Shown in pieces: positions 39,008-51,683 of a stretch of 64,000 nucleotides of DNA. The notes beneath the pieces are model-generated. The model worked only from the letters and a program-made list of their open reading frames with translations, had not been told where the DNA came from and did not search any database. The translations under genes and the position numbers were made by a program. This stretch comes from Octopus sinensis (Eukaryota). How positions within the stretch are numbered: the first letter of the stretch is position 1; each line of letters begins with the position of its first letter. The DNA lies in NCBI RefSeq assembly GCF_006345805.1, contig NC_043019.1, forward strand, positions 18,599,360 through 18,663,359, in the 5' to 3' direction.

Positions 39008-40448
39008 ACTTTCTCACTTCCCGAGCATTAAACTAATACATCTGTTTGCTGTTTATATTCATCTTTCATTTTTTGTAAATTCTCACTATATCATCATCAT
39101 CGTTTAACGTCCGCTTTCCATGCTAGCATGGGTTGGACGATGGGACTGAGGGCTGGCGAACCAGATGGCTGCACCAGGCTTCAATTTTGATCTGGCAGAG
39201 TTTCTACAGCTTGATGCCCTTCCTAACGCCAACCACTCCGAGAGTGTAGTGGGTGCTTTTATGTGCCACCAGCATGGGGCCAGTCAGGCAGAACTGGCAA
39301 CGAATCTTTTTACACATGCCACCGGCACAGGTGCCAGTAAGGCGATGCTGATATATATATATATGATATTTATTGCAATACAATGATGAGGTGAAATGCA
39401 TAATTGCATAATGTTTCTCAACTGTTATGTGAATATTTTAGCATTTTCTTGAAATACATTTATATCATTGAAAACTTTAAATACCACACCTGTTTTCTGC
39501 TTATTATTATTTGAGACATAATATAACTATGTATCAATATGAATAGAGATACTGTTCAAATTATGTTACATGTGTTTCCATAAAATGGTTATTTATTCAT
39601 TAATGTATTATTACATATTATAGAGTAATACATTATTGAATAACCGACTGTTCAATGGAGATACATGTAACATAATTTGACCAATATCTCTATTCATATT
39701 TATTTATTATTACATTTTACACCACAATAAATGTGCAACATATTATTGCTACATATAATGGATATTCAGAGTGGTTAATATCATAAACAAGTTGATATGA
39801 CAATGTTTGTTTTATTGACTGCCTGATGAAAAGTATCACTGGTATTCATTCAGAGTACCCTGTTCAGAGTACCCTGTTAGCCAAATACATGCAGGAACGC
39901 TACTGAGTTAATTGACTGGTGGACTGTGTAGAGCCCAATAATTGTGTGAGTTTGTATGTGTGTGTATACACACACATATATATATAAACACATTATTTAT
40001 TTAATATTATGAATATAGTGAAGACGGAGAACTGGCAGAAACGTTAGCAAGCTGGGCGAAATGCTTAGTGGTATTTCGTCTGTCTTTACATTCTGAGTTC
40101 AAATTCTGCCGAGGTCGACTTTGCCTTTCATCCTTTCGGGGTCGATAAAATAAGTACCAATTACGCACTGGGGTCGATGTAATCGACTTAATCCCTTCCC
40201 CAAAAATTTCGGACCAGAGAGATATAAGCAGTGGTGGAACGATAGAGTAGTTGTATACTGCCAACTTAATGTGACAGTCCCATAAAGGGAATAATACTAC
40301 TGCTATTTAGCCCGAGGAAGCATCAACGCTTCCTGTCGGCCTTGACACATTTCCTGTGTCCTTATATCTCTCTGAGATATTTAGAAATTTAATATTTTCA
40401 TTTTTTGTGATCAGTAAATTTACTTCACTGAAATTATGTTTACAAGGC

Positions 40449-40502
40449 CTAGACAGGCATCTCCAGCTAGACAGGCATCTTCAGCTAGACAGGCATCTTC
40501 AG
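40449..40502. repeat. 3 x 18-bp tandem repeat CTAGACAGGCATCT(C/T)CAG
   Basis: Units at 40449, 40467 and 40485. Confidence 0.95.
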
Positions 40503-40519
40503 CTGCAGGCCATGGGTAC

Positions 40520-40561
40520 TCCAGACTGATGATGAGCAAGACTCAGAAACTAGTCCCTGGA
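40520..40561 (+). ncRNA. Minimal type I hammerhead ribozyme motif
   Basis: TCCAGA-CTGATGA-TGAG(CAAGA)CTCA-GAAAC-TA-GTC-CCTGGA: canonical CUGAUGA and GAAA core, GUC triplet, palindromic stem III ACTAGT, and a 5-bp stem I with an A.C mismatch next to the core. Confidence 0.7.
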
Positions 40562-42399
40562 TGCAGGCTTAGCTGGGTGGAGGTGCTTGTCTCCCCTTTG
40601 TACACATAAGGACACAGGAAATGTGTCAAGGCCGACAGGAAGCGTCGATGCTTCCTAGGGCTAAATAGCGGTGGTGTGATTCCTTTTATGGGACTGTCAC
40701 GTTAAGTTGACAGTATACAACTGCTCCATATATATATATCATCATCATCATCATCATCATTTAACGTCCGCTTTCCATGCTAGCATGGGTTGGACGGTTC
40801 AACTGGGGTCTGGGGAGCCCGAAGGCTGCACCAGGCCAGTTTCTACAGCTGGATGCCCTTCCTAACGCCAACCACTCCAAGAGTGTAGCGGGTGATTTTA
40901 TGTGCCACCGACACAGGTGCCAGACGAGGCTGGCGAACGGCCACGATCGGATGGTGTTTTTTATGTGCCACCGACACAGGTGCCAGATGAGGCTGGCAGT
41001 CGGCCACGCTCGGATGGTGTTTTTATGTGCCACCGACACAAGTGCCAGATGAGGCTGGCGAACGGACACGATCGGATGGTGTTTGTTACGTGCCCACAGC
41101 ACGGAGGCCAGTCGATGCGGTACTGGCTACGGCTACGTTCGGATGGTTTTCCTGTGTGCCACCGGCACTGGTACCACAAAGATACAAATTCCATTGATGT
41201 TCATCTATTTTGATTTGTTTTGATTTGATTTGATTTTCACTTGCCTCAACAGGTCTTCACAAGTGTCACAAGAAGGAAGGTATGCACAGGTGGACTGACT
41301 ACGTCCCAGGTAGGGGCCACGGGTTATGGCCTGACTAGTCTTGCCGGGTCTTCGGATGGTGTTTTTATGTGCCACCGACACAGGTGCCAGATGAGGCTGG
41401 CGAACGGCCACGATCGGATGGTGTTTGTTACGTGCCCACAGCATGGAAGCCAATCGATGCGGTACTGGCTACGGCCACGTTCGGATGGTTTTCTTGTGTG
41501 CCACCGGCACTGGTACCACAAAGATACAAATTCCATTGATGTTCATCTATTTTGATTTATATATATATATATATATATATATGACACACCCATTACGGAT
41601 TCTTACAAAGGATTTTACCATGAATTTATATTATTTTTTTCAAAACTCTTAGCCCAAATTTATACCTATATACATCTATACCAATAGCTTTTTAAACAAC
41701 CACTTTATCATACGATTTTAAATAGCATCTCTTTCATTCGATTTACAACACTGAAATTCATCCTTTTCTCTGATGAGTGGATATACTTCCTAATAATGGT
41801 TACCAGCTTTGGATTTCATTTGGAAAGGTTGTATTATTCATGAAACGATCGTAAGATCTCTCAAATCTTTTAAATAATCATAGTTATACTTTATATATTT
41901 ATTTATTAACATGATATTCTCTTTTACTCTTTTATTTGTTTCAGTCATTTGACTGCGGCCATGCTGGAGCACCACCTTTAGTCGAGCAAATCGACCCCAG
42001 GACTTATTCTTTGTAAGCCCAGTACTTATTCTATCGGTCTCTTTGGTCTAACCACTAAGTTACGGGGACGTAAACACACAACCATTGGTTGTCAAGTGAT
42101 GTTGGGGGACAAACTCAGACACACAAACATATACACACATACATATAGATATACATATATACGACAGGCTTCTTTCAGTTTCCATCTACCAAATCCATTC
42201 ACAAGACTTTGGACAGCCTGAGGCCATAGTAGAAGACACTTGCCCAAGGTGCCACACAGTTGGAATGCAACCGGAACCATGTGGTTGGTAAGCAAGCTAC
42301 TTACCACACAGCCACTCCTGCGCCTATGTAACTGATATTGTTTATATTATGGACGTATCTCTACTGTGATTTTTTATGATTCAATTTCTCCTACTTTTA

Positions 42400-42706
<307 letters not shown>

Positions 42707-43216
42707 CAGGTCATCCCATAAGTTCTGTCTGATTTTACCCTTTTTAAAATTGAATGAAATCTAATAGCATTTCAGAATGTCGAATGGATGTTTACGTGCT
42801 ACCATTTATGGCTTAGTGTGGTGTTGCCTTAAGAACCACATGCGCATACATATGTGTGTTTCCTTGTCTCCATGGAAACATGTCTGACCATGGGGAAATA
42901 TTATCTTGCTTTAAATTAGTTGAGTGTTGGCAACAGGAAAGGCATATGCCCATAGAAGATATACCTTTGCCTCAACAAATTCCACCTGAGCTATATTCAT
43001 AGAGAAAAGTGGACATTAAAACAATAATGATGATGATATGTGTGTGTGTGTGTGTGTGTTATGGAGATGAGTAACAATGTTCCCATGTGGCAAGCTTGAT
43101 AATCGTTGAAAGGATTCTCTCTACATGAAACCATTGATAAACCTTGGTAACCCACAAATAAACAATATTTATTAAACAATATGGTACTGAGCAATCATTC
43201 TCACCGTTCAATATCA

Positions 43217-43291
<75 letters not shown>

Positions 43292-44096
43292 TCTCAAACC
43301 TGGTGCAAAACATTCATGATTTATCAAAATTGTCTCCACCTCAAGAAGAAGTGTTATAATTACCAAATGACAATAAAGACCGACTCCACCTGAGAAGAGG
43401 AGGAAATCTAAAGAATCAAGAATTTCTTCAAAACTGGATTGCCATTAAGAATAAGGACATGTTTATTGTCTGGAAATAAGGGAACAGTTGTTTGTGCCTC
43501 AATAGGCAATACCAGCACATCAGAAGCCAAGGGACTTAGACTTATATGAAAAGAGTTGAAGACAATTATGGCCTAAGTAATCTACATAATTTAATCAAAA
43601 ATGAGTTAGGGGAAGTAACTCAGTGGCCAATGAAATGTATTTGACTAACAGAGACAAATACAGATGTATCAAATACCATACAACATAGATTCCTGGTTAA
43701 TTAAAATTATCTCTGCATCTTGCAGATTTGTCGCAATTACCAAACAGCAATTAAGACGAGCTCCAATAAACCTGAGGCATTTGGTAATTAGGATAAATCC
43801 TCTTCACTTCGAGATAATCTAATTTTTATAAATTAGGATTTTTTGTGTTATATAGTATTTAATTCAACGTTTAGTAGATGAAACCTTAGCGACTGAAGAA
43901 GGGAATTTTTCGTTGTGCTTATTGTCCTGTATCTCTTTTTTTGCTTGTCTTGTTCCTTGGTTTGTGTCTATGTTTTTCGTCTCTCTATGTGTTCGACGTC
44001 TTTTTGGTGTCCTGTACACATATATGCGTGTATATGTACATGTAGAGGTAGGTACGTACATATATGTTTATATATATGCATATGTTCTATTTTATT

Positions 44097-44148
<52 letters not shown>

Positions 44149-45730
44149 CTTACTTGGAACTGGATGAAACACGTTCAATTAAATAATATATAATATATAT
44201 ATATTAGAAGGTTTGGAGATGATGTACAGGTATTTTATATTAGAAGAAATGAGGTACTCAGAAATTTGGATGGTTTTATATTTACAGATATTTATTTGTA
44301 TATTACATGTTTTTATACATCATATATCAGCGCTTTCATCCATTCTAATGGAGTTGCCAAATTGAACTATATATATATATATATATACATGCATATATGG
44401 GTACAGGACATCACCAACGGTGCAAATAACATGGAATACATAAACAAATGAGGGGAAAACAAGTGAAATATGTAAACAATGAGAAGATATGGAAAACAGG
44501 ATAAGTAAACACAGAGAAAGGCCTCTTCATCAGGTGTCGGCCGTCTACTCCTCATTTCAAGCATTCAAACAACAACATGAGTCTTCAAAGACAGTAGCTT
44601 GCATAAATTCTAATATAAAATTTAGGATTTATGAAGGGTCAAAGTAGGAGACAAAAAGATGACAGTGGAGACATTATAAGGAAACGGAACGAAAACAAAC
44701 ATGAAGGGTCATTAGACCAGAAGGAGAGGAAAATAGTGAATGCTGGGAGAAACATTTTTTGGGTGAAAAAGAAAAGATAGAAGAGAGAGAAAAAAACACA
44801 TCTGCTCTTTTAAGCATCCATGTAGGAAAAGAAAGATGGACGATGGTCACATGTGAGTAATGAGAGAGAGGAAAAAAGAGAAAGACTGGAGAGAAAGAGA
44901 GATAGAAAACGGTGAAGGAGGGAGGGAGAGAAGAAAGGAATTAAAGAAGGATGGAGGAAGAAAACAGTATAGAGTAGAGAGTCGCATCAAAAAGGTGAAG
45001 ATAAACTTACCTGGCAATGGATGCCTCGCATTCAATCAAATAATAAATAATATATAATATATATATAAATGGAGTTTAATGGGGTTTTTTTCTTTCCCAT
45101 GTTATTTTGCATGCTTTCAACGAATGTGACATCGAAATCACGTGTAAACACCTCCTTTCCCCAGAAAAGGAAAGATTTAGCTGCTCTTTCTTGCATGCCC
45201 TGCTACCACGTAACAGTTATTTCGGGTCCTATATTACAAAAAGCTGTTATGTGGTGGCAGGGCCTGCTAGAAACAGCAGCCAAATCTTTGGAGGTAAAAT
45301 ACATTGAATGCACTCAAAAAAAAAAAACCCATGGCAAAAAACTATTTCACACCAAGATTACAAACGGGTCTTTTACGAAATATTTACCATATTTTTTAAA
45401 ATATTTTAAAAATATTTTTAAAATATTTTGCCCATCATAATGTTTCTAATGGAAAGGTTAGAGTTTCTTCCCTTTCAGGGTTAAGTTATTTTCGGAGTAT
45501 TTTCCCAATATGCACTGTTTTGGGTATTCATACCCACAAACCACGAATATCTCAATAACTACTGGTCCGATTTACACAAAACTTGTTTTATTCCACTCTT
45601 ATTCACATTTCGGGGGCACTTTACTTTCAAAGTATTTTTCCATTATGCATTAGTTTGGCTGTGTAACATTGCAAGCAAGCAAGCAAGATTTGACTTCACT
45701 TTTAATGTATACATACATATACATACATAC

Positions 45731-45805
<75 letters not shown>

Positions 45806-47391
45806 AATACACACACACACACACACAGGGTAGGAAAGAGAAAGAGAGAAGCCACTTATAATCCGGATGTAATGGAATAGTTATTTTATGAAAATTACTG
45901 AGTTACAAACATGCTCAGGATATTGTTATATTCTCTGCTGGTTATTGTTATCGGTTCTGTCCTATAGTTTTCACAATAAGTGACTTCTAGCGTATATTAG
46001 TGTGTGTGTGTAGAACCGTGCCACAAGCTACTCTCTCTATAATATGTGTTGCTTTCAGCACTTGGCTTAAAACTGCGACCCACTCCCGTCTGCATTGTTT
46101 GTATTTTGCAGACACTTTAGTTGCCTCATATTGTTGGAGTTATCTCTCTTGATTTAGATTTTTGGAGTTTTTGCACTATAAGACGGAGTTTTTATCTCCT
46201 AATTGCACGGATAGTCTCAATTGATCAAAACTTTTTCGCTCATTGTGTTATGCCTGTGACACTCTACCCTGTCACGACTCCTCAATCAGGTCACTAAACA
46301 AGAACAAAAAGCCAGTCACGACGAAGGTTGTGCTGGCGTCAGAAAGAAATTGTGGTTTTTGTTGTAATTTTCAAGGACAAGAAAGCAGTTGATGAGAGAC
46401 GTGCAACTCTCTAACACAATCTTGATCTTCGAAAACGGGATGCGTGAATATTTCGAAAGACTGAGATTTAAAGTGATGAAAGATGCTTGTTCACGTCGGT
46501 TTCCATCACCTTTGATGTGGTTCAACTACCGTTAGGTCAGAGGTCAGCTCTGGCCAAGCAGATATAGTGTCTAAGGCATTCCAGCTGTGATTGAACCAAC
46601 TTATTAATAGACACGGCATAGTATCTAAGGCATTATCCAGTGCACCTCTCTTAAGATGATTAGGTGTGATTCGGGCGATATCTGGTTACTATTTCTAGTT
46701 AATGGAACGAATGCAAAGAATATCCGTCTCTGGTTCGGTGGAAGCGAGGGTGCTTAGCAGAATCAAAGAGGTTGCTTTTCTTTGGGATTGAAGGGCTTGA
46801 TGAAGACATGAAGGAAATGGAAAACACGTTATCAGACAGATCTGTTACTTTTGTGGCGGATGTAGCTCAGTTTTTGACTCAACATGCACTCAACCTCACC
46901 ACTTCTCTCTATATATAAATATGTATGCATATACACGCGTGTGTATACAGATACTGACCATATTACCATACGAAATATCAATTAGATTTCCTATGAAAAA
47001 AAAAAAAAAGACATGGATTCAACAATTTAGTCCAAGTATCTCATAATTACTCCTTGGAAGACATGGGGAAAAGGCGATGAAGTCTATTCTAATAAATGCG
47101 TGTGTGTGTGTGGGTATACATATATTAGTAATGAAAATCTGCAAGAACTACGAATTTGTACTAAATAAAATCACAACTAGTTGTAATATTAACTGCTTTT
47201 TTTTTTTTTTTTTGAAACAATCAGACAACAACTGGAACATTTGTTCCCGTTTCCAATCACACAACAATTAGTATAGGAATAACATACCGTTCCTGGCTCG
47301 TCCAGATCCACGATTGGATTTGAAACTCCTTCACCTGCAGCTTTAAACACTCTTTTCTGCTACACACACATATATATACATATATATATAT

Positions 47392-47456
<65 letters not shown>

Positions 47457-48265
47457 GTGTGTATGTATGTATATACTGTTACTTTCCTTTATGTATATAG
47501 AATTATTTTCTTTCAGGAATTTCCTCGTGTAGATATACGTTTTAATAACATGGTGATCGTTAGCGTGTTCCTATGTATAAATATATACATATTATATATA
47601 TATATATATATAAGAAATATGTATATGTATATATACAAGAAATATGCGTGTGTATGTGTATATATATATATATATAAATATATAAGAAATATGTATATGT
47701 ATATATATACAAGAAATATGAGTGTGTGTGTGTGTGTATATATATATTTCGTTGTGTATGTGATGTGTCCAATCTAAGTATGTGGCGACTGAGAAGCGAA
47801 ACAAGCAAAACTCGCAGCGAATGTCACAAGGAAATAAAAAGATAGAATAATCTGTCTGCGAAAATTCTGCTATAAATTAAACCATGAAAACGATGATATT
47901 TAATGGGAAAATATTCCATTTCGAAATATCTAAACATATATTAAAAATGAAAGAGTTTATATTTTAAGTCCTGTCCACGGTTTTCGTGTCTCCCATTCAA
48001 GGGTTTTGGCGTTTTTTTTTTTTCATAATCTCGACCTGACCCGGAAGTTATACTAGAGTCGTTGCGCGCACGCATACTGCTTACATTATCACACAGTGTG
48101 TGTGTGTGTGTGTGTTGATGCTTTGAGTCCTGTGTTCTTGCTTGGATCAAAAACCTACATATATATGGATAGATCATAAACATACATAAAATGTATTTCC
48201 TATATTTGTGTATATATATATATAAATGTTATATATATATATATATATATATACAGATATATAAC

Positions 48266-48304
<39 letters not shown>

Positions 48305-48309
<5 letters not shown>

Positions 48310-48525
48310 ATACAATATGTTACATTACTCGGTAGTCAAGATAAAACTCTGAGTTTCAGATGCCGAAGTGGAAATCCACAACACCATCTCTTCGGTTATC
48401 TGGCTATTTGAAACTATTTCAAATAGCCAGATAACCGAAGAGATGGTGTTGTGGATTTCCACTTCGGCATCTGAAACTCAGAGTTTTATCTTGACTACCG
48501 AGTAATGTAACATATTGTATAGATA
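48305..48525. repeat. Perfect inverted repeat: 109-bp arms, 3-nt loop
   Basis: TATCTATACAATATG...GGCTATTTGAAA-CTA-TTTCAAATAGCC...CATATTGTATAGATA, with no arm mismatch found by eye. Confidence 0.95.
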
Positions 48526-48587
48526 AATTTCCTCTATTTACATAATATTGAGGTCTCTTTCTTTCTTTTGTTATCTTACCGTTTTAT

Positions 48588-48618
<31 letters not shown>

Positions 48619-48621
48619 TTG

Positions 48622-48813
48622 TATTGAGGGTACTACTATTCGTAGATACCAACACGCTAAGAGGGACCAATGCGGATTTTAAAAAAGAATTCTTTTTTAA
48701 AATGATGTGTTTTGAAGTTTGGCATTCGGTAAAATTTTGTTTATTTTCAGTAGTTTTGACCACATTGGTCCCTCTTAGCGTGTTGGTATCTACGAATAGT
48801 AGTACCCTCAATA
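48622..48813. mobile_element. MITE-like element with about 50-bp perfect TIRs and TA ends
   Basis: TATTGAGGGTACTACTATTCGTAGATACCAACACGCTAAGAGGGACCAATG ... CATTGGTCCCTCTTAGCGTGTTGGTATCTACGAATAGTAGTACCCTCAATA. Confidence 0.85.
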
Positions 48814-49041
48814 TAATATAAATATATATATATATATACATATATATACTTTTACTTGCTTCAGTCATTGAACTATGGCCATGTTGGAGCACCGCCTTGA
48901 AGGGTTTAGTATTTAAGTTTTGCTGAACCGCCAGATTACGGAAGCGTAAACAAACCATTTGTTGTAGCCATCTATCTATTAGTCTATAGAGATAGAGAGA
49001 TTCTGAGCTCTAATTTAAAATTGCCTTTTGTTCATTCCCGG

Positions 49042-49455
49042 ATCTTTTCGGTTTGAACGGCAGTTTTTCTAGCGGTGTCATATGAAATTGTCACCCATAA
49101 TTATGACCCTAGTATCGATCTATTGCATCTCAATCTGTTTTAGGGCTAGGGTTAGGGGTGCGGGGAAGGGTATCTTTTTCTTCTTCACAAATGTAAATAA
49201 ATCCAATCTGTTTCTTAAACGAGGGACATATTCATACGGCACAGAATGTTTTCACCTGAATAGACGTCATTGATTGGTTTGAAACTGCAGAAAATGGAGA
49301 AAAAAACAACAAATATCTTATAAACTATAGAATTTTCTCAATAAAGCCAAGAGAAAAAGATGTTTTATAAACACATTCTACCAGTATACGAAGTTTAAAA
49401 GTGTTTAGTTACGTGGAAATTATTTTTTAAAAACTGCCGTTCAAACCGAAAAGAT
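49042..49455. mobile_element. MITE-like element with 27-bp TIRs
   Basis: ATCTTTTCGGTTTGAACGGCAGTTTTT ... AAAAACTGCCGTTCAAACCGAAAAGAT. No clear TSD. Confidence 0.8.
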
Positions 49456-50432
49456 GACAGATTTCAATTGCTCTCAGTTATCCTATTAAAACCACTCTTC
49501 ACGCTTTGTAAGGTGTCCAGTTCCTTTCTTATCTAAAACACGTTACCTTTCAGTAGCTCATGGCATGTTGCTGCTAATATTACAATTTTTTTCTTTATTT
49601 CCATCCATGACCTTTTAAAAAAAAAAAAGAAATGCGGACGCGCGAATTTAAAGAAAGATAACTCTTGATATTAAAGTCGACTAAATATAAAAATTATTCA
49701 TTCTTCTAAATTATTCTTTTAACAGATATCTTGGAGAGTTCAGCCATTCTTTGTAGTATACTTGAAGCGGCGAGCTGGCAGAACCGTTAGCACGCCGGGC
49801 GAGGTAGACTTAGCCTTTCATCCTTTCGGGGTCGATTAAAGTACCAGTTACGCACTGGGATCGATATATTCGACTTAATCCGTTTGTCGAGGGTAGTAAA
49901 GAAATAGGTATTTCGTCTGTCTTTACGTTCTGAGTTCAAATTCCGCCGAGATCGACTTTGCCTTCCATCCGGTGGAGTCGATAAACTAAGTACCAGTTGC
50001 GTACTGAGGTCGATCTAATCGATTGGCACCCTCCCCCAAAATCGGGCCTTGTGCTTTGAGAAGAAAAGAATATTTGTAGTTATCTTCTAAGTATGCATTC
50101 ACCTCTACGTAAACATCGTTGCGCTTCCCTCTCTCTTTATAATTATATATGAGCATCCCAGCTTAGTGTTGATTGTCGGAAGGAAAACTGCTCAACATTG
50201 TAGTAGAAACCTATGCTTTTTTTTCTCTTTTTGTAATTTTGGACGTGTCAGACTGTTTTTGCTCAGGAGTTTTGCCTGTCTGATCAAGAGGTCCTCAAGA
50301 ATGTGTGAATATCCAAGCGAACCCCCAGAGACTAAATCGATCACAATAGGCTTACAAGGAATAAGTCCTAAGGTCGGTTTCTTCGACTAAAGGCGATGAT
50401 CCAGCATGACCGCAGACAAATGACTGAAACAA

Positions 50433-50468
<36 letters not shown>

Positions 50469-51489
50469 TCGGAAAAAGAGGCACACTTAAGTTATAGAGC
50501 AGTATATTATATAAAATTAGATAACCGTCCTTATCTAACTTCATGTGTGTGTGTGTGTAATTAAAGGAGGCTATAGCCGGTGTATGGGGTTACCCTGTAC
50601 ATTAGCCATAACTACCTTTATCTAATTGCTCTGTAACTTAGTTTATATTTCTCTTTCGTATTTATGATTTACTGACGAAACATATATAGCCGAACTCTGC
50701 ATTAGACTTCTCCCTATTGGCTTACTTTGTGGTCTGTTAGCTGAATCCGCTAGAGGAGCTTTCTGTGATAGCCACACGATTCTGTGAATCCATATATTAC
50801 ACCACAAATTTAATATATCTTTGTCTGTAGTTTGAGATTTTAATTTTAAAGCAAGCATAAGACTACAAACAAAACGTTTACCGATAAGTGGATTCTAACC
50901 TTACTATAAAATTCGTGCAGATAAACTTAAATGTTCCAAAAACCCTGCCTGTCAACTTGACTTATACCCGTCAAATGTAGACAATTTATAAACACTCTAG
51001 GATGTACATCTCAAACAATGAACAACAAAAATAGAGTAAACTCATAAACGTTTTCTTATATTTGGTTTGCAAGATTCTTTATATGAGTTCGTGTGTTGAA
51101 GCTTATTCTGTTGTGTCTGGGGAGAGTCATTTTCTTTTTGTGCCTTATAATGTAACACACTCACCGATAAAATTTACACTTATTTCTTATTTTTATTGTC
51201 CTAAAATTTTCGTTGCGTCTTGCAACCTTTTCAATTTTATAAGGCACAAAAAGAAAATGCCTCTCCCCAGACACAACAGAATGTTTTCTTATAGTTAATT
51301 CTCTAGTACAAAAGTATGTTGTGTGTTTGAAGATATCAACAATACGTGAAAGACATAAAAAGATGTTGTAGGTCGATTGCTTTCTCTCCAATAAAACAGC
51401 TCCTAATTAATTAATAAATTGCTCAAGGATCAGACATCAAACATCGAAGGTTTGACGAGAGGAAATCACGGAATACCGAAAGCCAGCTT

Positions 51490-51644
51490 GGTGGGAGTGG
51501 GAGGGGGAGTAATTGAGTGGTCCAATCAGATTGCGTCTTGCATGAACGTTAGGAAATATTTAACCAACGTATAAATCGAATATGTTGATTGGCTAACGCC
51601 TTCCCGCTAACCATTTTGCCGCCATTTTGTTGGAATTCTGAATA
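51490..51644 (+). promoter_or_regulatory. TATA-less promoter with CCAAT boxes, G-rich box and YY1 motif
   Basis: CCAAT at 51522, inverted CCAAT (GATTGGCT) at about 51587-51594, GGGAGTGGGAGGGGGAG upstream, and GCCGCCATTTTG at 51618-51629. Local CpG enrichment extends to about 52.4 kb. Confidence 0.7.
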
Positions 51645-51683
51645 ATGTCAGAGGAAAACACTAGCGATGTTTCTCAAGAGGAG
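51645..51683 (+). CDS. First coding exon of an unidentified host gene (MSEENTSDVSQEE)
   Basis: ATAATGT start context 15 nt after the YY1 motif, 13 codons, then a consensus donor GAG|GTGAGT. No downstream exon was identified in the window. Confidence 0.65.

Larger units (their letters stand above)
40242..40729. mobile_element. Non-autonomous element with about 124-bp inverted arms (likely Penelope-derived or MITE-like)
   Basis: 40242-40365 is the reverse complement of 40606-40729 at roughly 90% identity by eye, with a 240-bp spacer. Confidence 0.8.

Noticed and set aside
40880-41555. CRISPR-like repeated units
   Set aside because: The units are contiguous duplications inside an RTE 3' UTR with no unique spacers and no cas genes, in eukaryotic context.
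44500-44560. CTGATGA on the minus strand of a Penelope-like tail (similar at about 6545 and 39833)
   Set aside because: No GAAA and NUH closure follows stem II, so it is not a hammerhead.
46367-46530. Short open frames on both strands after an acceptor-like site
   Set aside because: About 50-70 aa, with no donor, no motif and no supporting context.
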